Shown: positions 1 to 10,275, counted from the stretch's first letter. The stretch is DNA of 30,329 nt from a virus (IMGVR_UViG_2778261591_000021); one strand, 5' to 3'. A program made the numbers and translations. Notes: a model not told the origin generated them from the letters alone.

Positions 1-651
1 AGAGTGGCCAGATGCACTGTGGCACGTCTCATGGCAGTTATGGGACTTGCCGGTGTTCTCCGGGGTAAAAAGGTCCGCACTACCGTCAGCCGGAAAGCCG
101 TTGCCGCATGCGACCGCGTAAACCGTCAGTTCGTGGCAGAACGTCCAGACCAGTTGTGGGTGGCTGATTTTACCTGGGTAAGCACATGGCAGGGCTTCGT
201 TTATGTGGCGTTCATCATTGATGTGTTCGCCGGATACATCGTGGGATGGCAGGTCTCATCATCCATGGAAACAACATTCGTGCTGGATGCACTGGAGCAG
301 GCGTTGTGGGCCCGTCGGCCGTCCGGCACAATCCATCACAGTGATAAAGGTTCTCAGTATGTATCGCTGGCCTACACGCAGCGGCTTAAGGAAGCCGGAT
401 TACTGGCATCAACAGGGAGTACTGGCGACTCGTATGACAACGCGATGGCTGAGAGCATCAATGGTCTTTACAAAGCGGAGGTAATACACCGTAAGAGCTG
501 GAAAAACCGGACAGAAGTGGAACTGGCCACACTAACGTGGGTGGACTGGTATAACAATCGACGATTGCTGGAAAGGCTGGGCCATATTCCTCCGGCAGAA
601 GCAGAAAAAGCTTATTATGCTTCCATCGGAAATAATGATCTGGCAGCCTGA
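1..651 (+). CDS. IS3-family transposase OrfB (DDE integrase core), 5' partial
   Basis: Frame is open from base 1. Carries the DDE-type signature blocks DQLWVADFTWV, HHSDKGSQYVS and YDNAMAESINGLYKAE, and ends with the IPPAEAEKAYY tail typical of IS3-family OrfB. Confidence 0.8.
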   Translation, partial: RVARCTVARLMAVMGLAGVLRGKKVRTTVSRKAVAACDRVNRQFVAERPDQLWVADFTWVSTWQGFVYVAFIIDVFAGYIVGWQVSSSMETTFVLDALEQALWARRPSGTIHHSDKGSQYVSLAYTQRLKEAGLLASTGSTGDSYDNAMAESINGLYKAEVIHRKSWKNRTEVELATLTWVDWYNNRRLLERLGHIPPAEAEKAYYASIGNNDLAA

Positions 652-690
652 GTTCACAGATAAAATACTCTCCAGGAAACCCGGGGCGGT
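1..690 (+). mobile_element. IS3-family insertion sequence, right-hand part (left part lies outside the window)
   Basis: Transposase OrfB reading frame runs in from the window start and ends at 651; about 40 bp of presumptive terminal sequence follows before the first phage gene stop at 691. The element boundary is inferred; the terminal inverted repeat was not identified. Confidence 0.55.
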
Positions 691-2298
691 TCAGTCCTCA
701 ATTAATTGCAGACGCTCAGTCATAGTTCGTTTGCCAAATGTTCTCGTCAACTCAATTTCTGCTGCCGCTTCACGGATATGACGTTGCAGCACGTAATTCA
801 CATCACTTTCAAGATAATCCCTGATAAGACTATCAGAAACATTTAATGTTCTTTCTTTCGTACTACCTGCGGCTTTTACAGAAAATACGCTGACAAAATC
901 CTGTGGAACCTTAGCACCAGTAATTTTATTAATTACGATATCCGCTGCAATTTCAGCATCCTCAGGATCCAGTGTTTTATTTCCTCTCGACCACCAGTCA
1001 ACCAAAATACGTCGAAATTTATCGCGTTCACTGATTATTTTTCCAACTTTATATATGCGTGGGAAATAGCTTGCCTGGCCTAATGCTTTCAGTTCTTCAT
1101 CTGGCGGCAATAAACCAAGCTTTTGCATTTCAACTTTCACCCGATTTAATACAGTTCGCATCGCCTGCGCCGTTTCCTGAACAACAGGATTAGCATGCAC
1201 ATCACCGCTTCGCATAGCATTCCCAACCTGCTGACGAAATGAATCAAAACTCATGTCACCACCATCAGCTTTATACTTTGCGTATGCCTGTTTATTTCCG
1301 ACAACAACAGCAGCTTCTTCACGCTGCCATCCACGTGTACGGGTTTCTACAGCTACCGGTGTTTCAATCCCCCTTTCATTTCCTTTAAGGGTGAAATTAT
1401 TTTCGGCTAACTCCAGCGCTGTTTTTCGCACCGTCTTGGACGGAGACTCCATTAACCTTGTCAAAGGAGTAAGATAGCTCCCTGCTTTCCATGCAGCCTT
1501 TCCAACCCACCCACCGGAAACAGGGGTTAAATCATCCAGAGCCGCTGTATCAATTTTCATAGCACCAACACTACCACCATCGGAAAGCGAAGCGGCAGCC
1601 CTGTCAGTCGCTGATGTAATGCTCATATTATCAAGAGCATCAGCAACCTCACGTGTGGCTGCAGCCCGGACGGATGGCGAAAGCGCAACACCAGCACTGG
1701 CAAACACGCCGCTCATCATCGCACCCGCTGCAACGTGAGCGGCACTTTCACCCCATGAGCGTGTTATTTGCTGATTATTCAGTACAACCTCGCTTAATGC
1801 TGTACCGGCAGCACCAATCGCAATCTGTGAGCCAATACGCGCCAGTGCCCCTCCTTGAGCACCGGGAATAAACATTGACGCAACAGTAACCGGATCCATT
1901 CCCGCAGCAATACTGGCAAGGGTTCCAACTACGCCAGCATCAGACAATAAACGTCTGTCTTCATTTTCATCATCTATCTGCTGCTTAATCCACGCCGTTT
2001 CCTCTGGCGATCGGGAATCTGCAAATTTCGCCCCCCAGTATTCATAACCGTGCAACTCATTTTTATCAGCATATGGGTTATAACCCTCGACCGGTTCAAA
2101 CTGTCTGGCTGGGCGGAAAAAACCAGACAGAATATTGTTCTGTCGCATTGCAGCCCCCCATACGGAAGGCTCAGGTGGCAATGGCTCAGGATTAGCCCCT
2201 TCCGGAAGGGCAACATCAAACCCAGTTTGTTCCGGCAAAACGTTACCTGACGGGATCAGTCCGTTATTAAGATCTTCAGCTTGTGCATAAACTGGCAT
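691..2298 (-). CDS. virion protein, 535 aa (internal virion/ejection protein or tail-associated)
   Basis: Last gene of the translationally coupled structural operon; its start overlaps the stop of the upstream 905-aa gene. Ala/Gly-rich. Function is assigned from position only. Confidence 0.4.
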   Translation of the reverse strand: MPVYAQAEDLNNGLIPSGNVLPEQTGFDVALPEGANPEPLPPEPSVWGAAMRQNNILSGFFRPARQFEPVEGYNPYADKNELHGYEYWGAKFADSRSPEETAWIKQQIDDENEDRRLLSDAGVVGTLASIAAGMDPVTVASMFIPGAQGGALARIGSQIAIGAAGTALSEVVLNNQQITRSWGESAAHVAAGAMMSGVFASAGVALSPSVRAAATREVADALDNMSITSATDRAAASLSDGGSVGAMKIDTAALDDLTPVSGGWVGKAAWKAGSYLTPLTRLMESPSKTVRKTALELAENNFTLKGNERGIETPVAVETRTRGWQREEAAVVVGNKQAYAKYKADGGDMSFDSFRQQVGNAMRSGDVHANPVVQETAQAMRTVLNRVKVEMQKLGLLPPDEELKALGQASYFPRIYKVGKIISERDKFRRILVDWWSRGNKTLDPEDAEIAADIVINKITGAKVPQDFVSVFSVKAAGSTKERTLNVSDSLIRDYLESDVNYVLQRHIREAAAEIELTRTFGKRTMTERLQLIED

Positions 2299-5015
2299 TA
2301 TTTAGATCCCCACGAAAAGTAATCTTTAAATTTGTCCATACGTTCGTTATGCAGGCGCTGATACTGCTCATCCAGAGCGCGATGCTTGTCTTTGAAGTTT
2401 CGTATAGCCTGTCCACGCATAATTTCTTCCTGCTCGTACTGCTCCCGTTCCTGCTGCATTTTCTTATAGGGTTCCCAATCTTCTAGTGATGGTTCCCAAC
2501 GCATAGGACGCCCATGTTTGTTATAAAACGGCTGGACCCGATCGATGCCATTTTCATCCTTAGTTCTTACCATAATGGCGTAATCACCATTACGGGGTGT
2601 TAACACGTCAGGGGTTATGAATAATTCTCCATTAATACGACTCTCAGGGGTTTTTGTCTCAACTACAGGAGCATTACCTGACGTGATCCCAAGCAACGTC
2701 GGGCTGGTTGTTATAATCTCTTTGCGCTCACCGTACATCAGCCGTTCTTTTTCAGCTTTCCACTGCGCCGCCTGCCAGCCTGACGGCCCATATTGATAAA
2801 GCGCCTCCGGTGCATATTTCATAAACTGCGCTTCTCCGTTAACCTCGCTGATACTCCAGGTGCGGGCTATCTGCTGGTTGGTCATTTGCTTCGCTACGTC
2901 AGCGTTACCACCAGCAACGCGGTAGTTAATGTCATACAGCGTCTGATAGTCATTACGGAATCTAGCTGCTTCCGGCGTCTGGTCATCCGCAGACGGATCC
3001 CAACGGAACCACTGCGCCATATTGCTGACAGCAGAATTCATCGCCTTGCTGCGATCATTTTTGTACTCTTTTGAACTCTGCGTTGATGCCAATTGAGCTT
3101 TAAGAGCATCGGTCTGGTTGTACGTAAGGTTCTGCGCCTGCTCGATAGCCGCATCAGCAGACATGCCAGAATCAGTTAGTTGCTTAACAGTCAGATAAAA
3201 ACCCTGCATATCCTTCGGCATATTTCCAATAGATGCATTGTCTGTTTCATATAACCGACTAAACAGTTCCGCCGCATTTTTAACCACTTCCTGATTGCTG
3301 GATCGGGATACTGCTGAAAGCTGCGTGATGATCTGCGAAGGCATTATGCCAGTCTGAGCCACAAGCCGAACAACCCCATCATGAGTGGAGGCATCATTAA
3401 TACGAAAGTTCTGCGCCATTTCTGTGTAATCAGCAGCTTTCTGCATTGACTTGTTGCTTGGGTCTAATTTTTCACCTATTGTCAGCGCCTCATTGAATCT
3501 GCGTGAATCCCGTTGCGCCTGAATTGCTTCATTTGATCTCTGAAGCAATGCAGACAATTTTCCGTAAGCATCGAGTTTTAACGCATAGTGAGGATCGTTA
3601 ACCTCAGGCTTCACTTTCTGCATTTCTTCTTGCTGCTGAGAAGGAGGCAAATACTGAATTGCCTGGAATATTCTCGCGTTATCAATCGCTATATCCAGTT
3701 GATTGATTATTTTATCTGCGTTTTTTCCATACCCCCTGATGATGGTCTCCTGAGCCGGTATATAATCTGGAACCTCACCGTTATATAGCTGGGCCATGGT
3801 GTTATTAATAGCTGGCTCAAGCTGTTCTAATATTAACTTCCTTTGCTTTTCTATCTGACTATTAGCAAGGTTATCTATTTGATAAATAGTCAGCGGATCC
3901 ATTCCAGTTTTATTTTTTCTATATCGGGAAAGCCACCCTTGTGTTTCTGATGGAAGATTTCGGATAAATTCTTCTTCTGATATTTCACCTTTACGTGGAT
4001 CACCGACTTTGGCGATCAGTTTATCCACGTTACCCATCCCCCAGTTATATGCTGCTCCGGTCAATATTTCGGAACCGTACTTACCATACAGTTGATTTAC
4101 ATAGTCACTGGCGAGCATTTCATGCTGTTGTTCGTCCGTAGGGTTGTATTCAACGCCACGCTTGGCCGCCAGTTCTTTTCCTGTGCCCGGCATTAACTGG
4201 TATTTCCCCTGGGCTCTCTCTCCAGAAGATGTTATCGGTCCCTCAAGAAGACTACCATCAGGATTAAAATGTCGATCACCTGATTCAACAAGGCGTATGG
4301 CACGCATGTCCATGCCTCCAGAATCATTTTTCTGAAACAGACCATTTAGCCATCCTTCTGGATTGGCAGCGGCATAATTCTTCGCCCGCATTTCTGTGGC
4401 ACTGCGATCATCACTTTCTATTTCTTCCAGAATGCGTTCTTGTGACCATCCCCTGGCAGCTCCATATCTGGCAATGGCTACCATTCTGGAATTTCTGGCT
4501 AAAGTGGCAGTTTGCGGGTCATTCCAGGCATCCGCTTCATTTTGTATCCATAATTTTCTCGTTGCCTGATATTGCTCATCTTCATAGGCATTTGTCTGCC
4601 CTATCTCATGTCTGAGAACTCCAGTACTGAACTGAATTTTCTGTGTTCTGGCTTGTTGCAAAAACATATTTCTTGCAGCTTCATCAGTCAATGAAGCAGC
4701 TATTTCTTCCACATCCTGATCAAATCCAGATATGTACTCTTGCCCCTTACCAATCGCATTTTTGCCTTGTTGTGCATAAAAACCGGTTTGAGGGTTATAA
4801 AGACGTTCATTGCTGCGCTGATTAAGCTGAAGGATGGCATCCTGAGACAATGCAACATTCGCTTTCTGCCTGGCTTCACCATATGCCACCGCATACTGAT
4901 CTGCGACATTCGCCAGCACCTGACCTGCTTGAGGAACATCGAAGGTCTGAAAACCACCGGTTTGCACACCACGACTTTGCACCTGACGTCCGGATACTGT
5001 TGGTACGACTGGCAT
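2298..5015 (-). CDS. internal virion protein with lytic transglycosylase (SLT) domain, 905 aa
   Basis: Contains SLT-like motifs (ES...GKYQLMPGTGKE...AAYNWGMGNV). Start re-assigned to the ATG at 5015, which has a GGAGG Shine-Dalgarno 7 nt upstream and overlaps the upstream stop as TAATG; the track ORF extends to 5090. Confidence 0.7.
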   Translation of the reverse strand: MPVVPTVSGRQVQSRGVQTGGFQTFDVPQAGQVLANVADQYAVAYGEARQKANVALSQDAILQLNQRSNERLYNPQTGFYAQQGKNAIGKGQEYISGFDQDVEEIAASLTDEAARNMFLQQARTQKIQFSTGVLRHEIGQTNAYEDEQYQATRKLWIQNEADAWNDPQTATLARNSRMVAIARYGAARGWSQERILEEIESDDRSATEMRAKNYAAANPEGWLNGLFQKNDSGGMDMRAIRLVESGDRHFNPDGSLLEGPITSSGERAQGKYQLMPGTGKELAAKRGVEYNPTDEQQHEMLASDYVNQLYGKYGSEILTGAAYNWGMGNVDKLIAKVGDPRKGEISEEEFIRNLPSETQGWLSRYRKNKTGMDPLTIYQIDNLANSQIEKQRKLILEQLEPAINNTMAQLYNGEVPDYIPAQETIIRGYGKNADKIINQLDIAIDNARIFQAIQYLPPSQQQEEMQKVKPEVNDPHYALKLDAYGKLSALLQRSNEAIQAQRDSRRFNEALTIGEKLDPSNKSMQKAADYTEMAQNFRINDASTHDGVVRLVAQTGIMPSQIITQLSAVSRSSNQEVVKNAAELFSRLYETDNASIGNMPKDMQGFYLTVKQLTDSGMSADAAIEQAQNLTYNQTDALKAQLASTQSSKEYKNDRSKAMNSAVSNMAQWFRWDPSADDQTPEAARFRNDYQTLYDINYRVAGGNADVAKQMTNQQIARTWSISEVNGEAQFMKYAPEALYQYGPSGWQAAQWKAEKERLMYGERKEIITTSPTLLGITSGNAPVVETKTPESRINGELFITPDVLTPRNGDYAIMVRTKDENGIDRVQPFYNKHGRPMRWEPSLEDWEPYKKMQQEREQYEQEEIMRGQAIRNFKDKHRALDEQYQRLHNERMDKFKDYFSWGSK

Positions 5016-5563
5016 TATAATCCTCCGGGTAATCTGGTTCCTGCTGCTGCCCCGATTGGCGCAGGGGTGCTTTGAGTAAACGGACTCCACGTCCCACCAA
5101 ACATCTGGTATGCACCGTATGCTTTTAGTGGTGCCGTTAACAAAGTGCTGGTCATCGATGATTTAGCAGCCGACTGAGCAGCAGCCCCCTGTGCCTGAGC
5201 ATTCATTCCCTGAACCTGATACCCATATGCCTCACGCTGAGCATTATTCACTGTCGTTAACGCATCAAGAGCGCCGAACTGAGCATTATCCGCAAAAACG
5301 TCAAGAGCTGTTCCGCTACTTAATTCCGCACCGGTAGCCCCCATAGTGGCCGCCGCAGTGCCTGAGCGTTGACGCATTTCACGACGACGCTGATCCGCTT
5401 CAATATTCCCACGATTGATTGAATCCTGTGCCTGAGCTTCAGCAATTTCAGCATTCCGATCAGCTATGGCTGACTGGTATTTTGCCTGCTTGCTCTGGCT
5501 GTACATTGACGCGGCTGTGGATGCCACTGTGACGGCAACCAAAGCGATGGCTGGGTTACACAT
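5015..5563 (-). CDS. internal virion protein, 182 aa, hydrophobic N-terminus
   Basis: N-terminal hydrophobic segment (AIALVAVTVASTAA) followed by an Ala/Gln-rich region. Size and position match a T7 gp14-like core protein. Confidence 0.4.
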   Translation of the reverse strand: MCNPAIALVAVTVASTAASMYSQSKQAKYQSAIADRNAEIAEAQAQDSINRGNIEADQRRREMRQRSGTAAATMGATGAELSSGTALDVFADNAQFGALDALTTVNNAQREAYGYQVQGMNAQAQGAAAQSAAKSSMTSTLLTAPLKAYGAYQMFGGTWSPFTQSTPAPIGAAAGTRLPGGL

Positions 5564-6027
5564 TATTTTCTCTCCATGTGAAATCTGTGGAAATTAAGAC
5601 CAAGAGCACCATAAGGCGCGGCTTCTTCAAGCCTGAATCCAAGCCAGTGCAGCCATGCCTTGGCAACATGGTTTCGCTCGTCGACGTAGTTTTCCAGGCG
5701 CGGATAAACTGCCAGCATCTGCTGCAATACAGGTCGGCAGTGGCGAAGAAATGTCTTCTGATATTTTTCAATACGGCTGGTTCCGACCAGCCAGGGTGTA
5801 CCATTGCCACCGATCATTGACGCCGGAGATACACCAAACATGGTTACCAGTACTCCGTTCGCGAACCCTGACCAGGCCATAGTCGCAGTGCGAAGACCAA
5901 CACGCAGCGCATCTTCGGTAGTCATCAGCGATACCGCATACAGTTCGTCAATATCAGCCTGACGAACATCCGGCAAAATCATCTGAAGATGCTCTTCGGT
6001 GGCGGGAATAATTTGAACATCGATCAT
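5563..6027 (-). CDS. virion-associated protein, 154 aa
   Basis: Lies within the coupled structural operon between the large tail protein and the core proteins (T7 gp13-like position). Confidence 0.35.
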   Translation of the reverse strand: MIDVQIIPATEEHLQMILPDVRQADIDELYAVSLMTTEDALRVGLRTATMAWSGFANGVLVTMFGVSPASMIGGNGTPWLVGTSRIEKYQKTFLRHCRPVLQQMLAVYPRLENYVDERNHVAKAWLHWLGFRLEEAAPYGALGLNFHRFHMERK

Positions 6028-8498
6028 CAGAATCCCCCAACAGTAAGGCGAGGAATAACGGCAAGAACAGACAGCGGCAACGGGTCAAGCTGACGGATTT
6101 TTACACGTCCGTTTTTGCCCCAGTTACTGTCCAGTTTCACTTCTACTTTTCCGGTAGCATCATCAACAGGATCATCGTAGAACTCGAATTCACGCTGTGG
6201 ATATTCGTACCATTTGCCGCCGGGCGTAGTCGCCCAGATGCCGCGACTGGCATTCACAACCAGAGTAACGGACGGGATCACCTGTTTTTTGTCCAGCAGC
6301 GTTTCCTGTCCGTTAATGTTGATATCCAGCGTTTCGAATTCAGCAGTTATTGGCAGGCCGATGTGCACTACAGCCCCCGGTGATTCCAGCGTGACGGCAC
6401 CTCCGGAAACCACTTTCTGTGGTTCCACGTTGGCATCAGAGAGAATATTTACGGTCTGGCCTTCAAGATGAGACAGGCCTCCAAATGTCCTGCGCGCCAT
6501 CTGCCAGTTCGTGGTGGACACATTCCTGAGGGATGGCGGGACGTTCCTGTTAGCACGAACCACTACTGCGGTATTACTGGTTACAGAAATAATGTCGCAA
6601 CGTAATTCTTTTGACACTTCATCGCCAGTATCAGGAACAGTTCCGGCATAAGGGAACTGTAGTTGCGCGCCGACATCACTACTGGTGAAGTACGCACCAC
6701 CAGAAACACTGATTGTATATTCCGCGCGATAATCCCATTCGCCAGAGCCACCAGTGATGGTCATCGTTCTGTCAGACGTATTTCTTCCATCATAGCTAAG
6801 GCCAGAATCAACAAAGAAAGCATCTTCATCGCTGGTAAATAAACGGCTGGACAGCCGCTCGATGTATCTCACTGTTTGCCCGTTAACGGTTCGGTTAACG
6901 ACGAAATACACCGCATCTTCATTGCCTTCGCTGATACTGCATGTGCTTTCATATTTTCCGGTACTGGATTGTGGTGCCCATGCAAAAACCTGCTGATCAC
7001 GCAAATAGGTCATCACCAGTAATTTACCGTCATCACGAATGCAGAAGGCGCTGGAGTAAGGGACAATAGAGAAGCACCAGTCAACAATGCTGTGCTTCTG
7101 AAAAAGATGATTGGCAAGGATGGTCAGGTCGTTCCCCTGATAGCCGTCAACATCGAATGAGTAGGCCAGATCACGGACAACACTGCCTTTCTCCTGGACG
7201 AACAGAGCAATATTCGCTACGGCAATTGGTGGGACGTTGCTTGAGCCATTTGATCCCTGAGAGCTGAATGCAAATGATGATGGGGTTAACACTTTGTTCT
7301 GGTCGCCGGTGATGACGTACTCACCTCCGGAAGTCAGCGCCACCAGAGAACCAACATCAATCAGGTGGCGGATCTCATTAACCTGACGCCCGGCATAGGT
7401 GTAGATAATTCTGTCGTCATCCTGCGTAGGATTGCTTTTGCCAAAATCCTTATAATCCCCGGTACGGCTGGCCCAGATAGTCTGAGGGAACGCAGTCGAT
7501 GCGGCGAAGTAAAGACGTTGTTGATAATAAACAACAGTGCCAGGATAACCATTAACACTGTTCCAGGCATATTTAGCCCATTTATAGCTGGCATTATCCT
7601 CGCCAACTACCTGCGAAGGGATATAGGAAATCACCTCGGCAGTTGCAGTAGTTCCATTTGCAGCAGTGATACGGGCAATGCCAAAACCACTGTGCAGATA
7701 TTCCCACTCAATGCCGGTATCATCATCACCGGATCCGCCCCAGCCATCCCATGATGTGCCTTCTGTATGCGAAGGGCGCAAAGTACCTGTTTTGCCTGCT
7801 GTAACGGCGCGATAGTAGTTACTGTCTGCACGGCGAATATCGCCAATCGACGTACTCTTACTGGTTTCCCATACCGGCACTGAATCAACTGCAGGCTGTT
7901 CCAGATAGAACAATTTGCCTACCTGCTCCGCGCCAAAAATAGAGGCGCTTGCCGTTAACGTAATTGTCCCGGTGCTGGCGCTGGCATAAACCGTCACTGA
8001 CTCGTCAATATTGATATCTTCAAATGGTCCGTTCTTCGTTACCACATCAACCAGTTGCCAGTTGTCATGCGCATAGCGACGCAACTCTTTCGGCGGGTAT
8101 GCCGGATGAACAAGCGTAAGCACGTCTGCGCTTTGCGTGAATTTAATTCGGAACAGATCGGCTTCAGTATATGGCGTGGCAATTTCATAAATAACATTGC
8201 TGCTGTTCAGCACCAACGCACCATCTTTGATAACGCGCATGTACTGGTGTCCGAACTCCAGAGCATAAGTCTGAACCGTCGAGAACTGGAACGGTATCAG
8301 GCGGCATTTCCGATTTGGGTATTTGGCGGCACCGACAAAACGCGTACCAGGTCGATTCTCAACGCCGCCATACTGCCGCACGATAAAGTTATCGCACTTG
8401 CGCAATGCTACCTGGTACTTCGCCATGTCGATACGCCCGTACAACGACGGTCCAATCTCACCACCGGCAAAGCTGGGCTGGATCCAACTGATAGCCAT
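6027..8498 (-). CDS. large tail protein, 823 aa (podovirus tail tube/hub-like)
   Basis: Beta-rich, Gly/Ser/Thr-rich sequence. Position after a 202-aa protein and before the core proteins mirrors T7 gp11/gp12 order and sizes. Confidence 0.45.
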   Translation of the reverse strand: MAISWIQPSFAGGEIGPSLYGRIDMAKYQVALRKCDNFIVRQYGGVENRPGTRFVGAAKYPNRKCRLIPFQFSTVQTYALEFGHQYMRVIKDGALVLNSSNVIYEIATPYTEADLFRIKFTQSADVLTLVHPAYPPKELRRYAHDNWQLVDVVTKNGPFEDINIDESVTVYASASTGTITLTASASIFGAEQVGKLFYLEQPAVDSVPVWETSKSTSIGDIRRADSNYYRAVTAGKTGTLRPSHTEGTSWDGWGGSGDDDTGIEWEYLHSGFGIARITAANGTTATAEVISYIPSQVVGEDNASYKWAKYAWNSVNGYPGTVVYYQQRLYFAASTAFPQTIWASRTGDYKDFGKSNPTQDDDRIIYTYAGRQVNEIRHLIDVGSLVALTSGGEYVITGDQNKVLTPSSFAFSSQGSNGSSNVPPIAVANIALFVQEKGSVVRDLAYSFDVDGYQGNDLTILANHLFQKHSIVDWCFSIVPYSSAFCIRDDGKLLVMTYLRDQQVFAWAPQSSTGKYESTCSISEGNEDAVYFVVNRTVNGQTVRYIERLSSRLFTSDEDAFFVDSGLSYDGRNTSDRTMTITGGSGEWDYRAEYTISVSGGAYFTSSDVGAQLQFPYAGTVPDTGDEVSKELRCDIISVTSNTAVVVRANRNVPPSLRNVSTTNWQMARRTFGGLSHLEGQTVNILSDANVEPQKVVSGGAVTLESPGAVVHIGLPITAEFETLDININGQETLLDKKQVIPSVTLVVNASRGIWATTPGGKWYEYPQREFEFYDDPVDDATGKVEVKLDSNWGKNGRVKIRQLDPLPLSVLAVIPRLTVGGF

Positions 8499-9106
8499 CA
8501 GGACAACCTCGCAATGGTAAACTCGTCAACCGGTGGCTGTGGTTCCTGTGATTCATTCTGGCTATGCGAACCAGCACTAAGAATCACGCGATTGTACATA
8601 TTGAGAGCAAATGTACCGAGATCCGCATTCCCAGTCAGCGCCATGTTAATGGCTGCCGCAAGACGCCAGGCCAGCGCCTCCATAAAAATGGCATCAAACA
8701 TGTTCACATCTGAAACGCGAGAGACATACTTGAGCCATGCCTGCGGCTGGTCTGTATAGATCAATTTTCCTGTTCCGTTGGTGTCTGCACCAACTTCGTA
8801 CTGAACGCGCATTGCTGCTGTTGGATTGCGTACACCAGGAAGCATAATTTCAGTAATGCGCAGACAATCGGACGGGTACTGGTACGCATATTCCCAGTCA
8901 GGCGGTGGATTGCTCGTATCTGCAAGCGCCACGCGTTTGGTAGCAAAGTTCCAGTCAAAATCAGAAAGCACAGCATCACGGCAGGCCTCAAAGTGCAGCG
9001 AACATTCCCCCGCTTCCTTGCTGGCTTCCGTCAGGCTGTTAATGCTGCGGCTATTGCCAATATTGGACAGCGCACGATTACAGATCTCTACTACAGAGGC
9101 CATCAC
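8498..9106 (-). CDS. tail adaptor / tail tubular protein A-like, 202 aa
   Basis: Gene order and size; start overlaps the stop of the upstream gene. Confidence 0.4.
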   Translation of the reverse strand: MMASVVEICNRALSNIGNSRSINSLTEASKEAGECSLHFEACRDAVLSDFDWNFATKRVALADTSNPPPDWEYAYQYPSDCLRITEIMLPGVRNPTAAMRVQYEVGADTNGTGKLIYTDQPQAWLKYVSRVSDVNMFDAIFMEALAWRLAAAINMALTGNADLGTFALNMYNRVILSAGSHSQNESQEPQPPVDEFTIARLS

Positions 9107-9426
9107 TCACCTCCGTTACCGTACAGAGTTTCAGCCGCTGATTTTTCTACATCCCCGGAAACAGGAGCGATCGCCATATCAGTGATCTGCAGATCGGCGC
9201 TGCGATTAACACCATCGTCAGTTTCTCTGGCAGACAGGCCTCGAATAACAGCCTTTGCAGTTATCATCACTTCTGTTCCGACGCCCTGAGGTTGCGCCTT
9301 CAGCTTATTCAATGTGTCGTTATTAAGAGTGATGCACAGCCCCCACGGGTATTCATCGCGAGTTCTGGTTTCTCCGCTCTCATCCTGGTAGCTGTCAGTG
9401 CCGGTTTTGAGGTTTACGAGTTCCAT
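9103..9426 (-). CDS. small virion protein (head-tail connector or decoration candidate)
   Basis: Track ORF starts with GTG at 9432. The ATG at 9426 has an AGGAG Shine-Dalgarno 8 nt upstream and is preferred. Confidence 0.4.
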   Translation of the reverse strand: MELVNLKTGTDSYQDESGETRTRDEYPWGLCITLNNDTLNKLKAQPQGVGTEVMITAKAVIRGLSARETDDGVNRSADLQITDMAIAPVSGDVEKSAAETLYGNGGE

Positions 9427-9435
9427 ATACACTCC

Positions 9436-9460
9436 TGCAATAAAGGGGCCGAAGCCCCTT
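9436..9460 (-). terminator. rho-independent terminator inside the structural operon
   Basis: On the minus strand: 7-bp GC-rich stem (AAGGGGC/GCCCCTT) with a 4-nt loop, followed by TTTATT, placed directly before the RBS of the next gene. Confidence 0.5.
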
Positions 9461-9476
9461 GTCGGATTCGCGAGGC

Positions 9477-9821
9477 TTACACGCCCAGTTCTTTACGCTT
9501 ATCTGCGATCTTCTCGCGGAGCGTTTCGGCTTTAGCGTTATGGTGTGGCTTCTCGTTAAAGAGCAATTCGTACTCTTCACGGAGCTTATCCAGTTCACCA
9601 TCATCTGACACATCGTTGATGATTTTGGTGCTGGTTGCTGCCATAGACACCTTTCCTGCTACCTTTGCTTTTGCCTGTCTGGCTGCATCGTTAACAGGTT
9701 CCAGTGCGCTACCAGGCTCACCTTCGTATTCGATTTCTGCCCCCTCCGGCCACAGTGTGTTATGGATATGAGAGAGGCGCAGAACGCGGTATCTTGGTTT
9801 CTCACCTGACATCGATATCAC
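9477..9821 (-). CDS. hypothetical virion-module protein, 114 aa
   Basis: ORF in operon context; charged, coiled-coil-like C-terminus. Confidence 0.4.
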   Translation of the reverse strand: MISMSGEKPRYRVLRLSHIHNTLWPEGAEIEYEGEPGSALEPVNDAARQAKAKVAGKVSMAATSTKIINDVSDDGELDKLREEYELLFNEKPHHNAKAETLREKIADKRKELGV

Positions 9822-9822
9822 C

Positions 9823-10260
9823 TTAACCAGTTACTTTTGAGCGGATCGGGTACGGCGTATTGGCATCAACATCCAGACTGATACCCGCAGTGAATTTGCC
9901 GGCCGTTAGTGGGCCAGTTGCGACGGAGTAGTTAACACGCAGATATCGCTGAACACCGGCAGGCACCTTTGCAGAAACAACTCGTTTACCTGCTGTCAGG
10001 GTAGCCTTTGCCAGTGCGCCACTATCATAAATAGTGGACCATGAGCTGTTATTCTCACTCGTCTGCAACTGGATGTTTACAGTTGCCTCACCACTTGCCG
10101 TGGCGGCTTCGTTAACCAGCACCCAAAACTCAAGCGGGTAACCCACACCGATATCGCGACGGTTTCCGTCAATTGGACCGAGATCGATTACGTCAGTAGA
10201 AGCCGCGGTATCAGTTACCGCCTGTGCTTCGGAGAACATCAACAGTTTGTCGGTGATCAT
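9823..10260 (-). CDS. putative capsid decoration / beta-sandwich structural protein, 145 aa
   Basis: Immediately downstream of the major capsid gene with a GGAG RBS; Thr/Ser/Ala-rich. Confidence 0.4.
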   Translation of the reverse strand: MITDKLLMFSEAQAVTDTAASTDVIDLGPIDGNRRDIGVGYPLEFWVLVNEAATASGEATVNIQLQTSENNSSWSTIYDSGALAKATLTAGKRVVSAKVPAGVQRYLRVNYSVATGPLTAGKFTAGISLDVDANTPYPIRSKVTG

Positions 10261-10275
10261 CTTCTTTCTCCATTA

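Noticed and set aside
203-484. 93-aa plus-strand ORF
   Set aside because: Alternative frame inside the IS3 transposase gene.
5556-5882. Short ORFs on both strands overlapping the 154-aa and 182-aa genes
   Set aside because: They overlap coupled structural genes, have no RBS, and have compositions typical of out-of-frame translation.
8055-8759. 234-aa plus-strand ORF
   Set aside because: Antisense inside the 823-aa tail gene and the following gene; no independent support.
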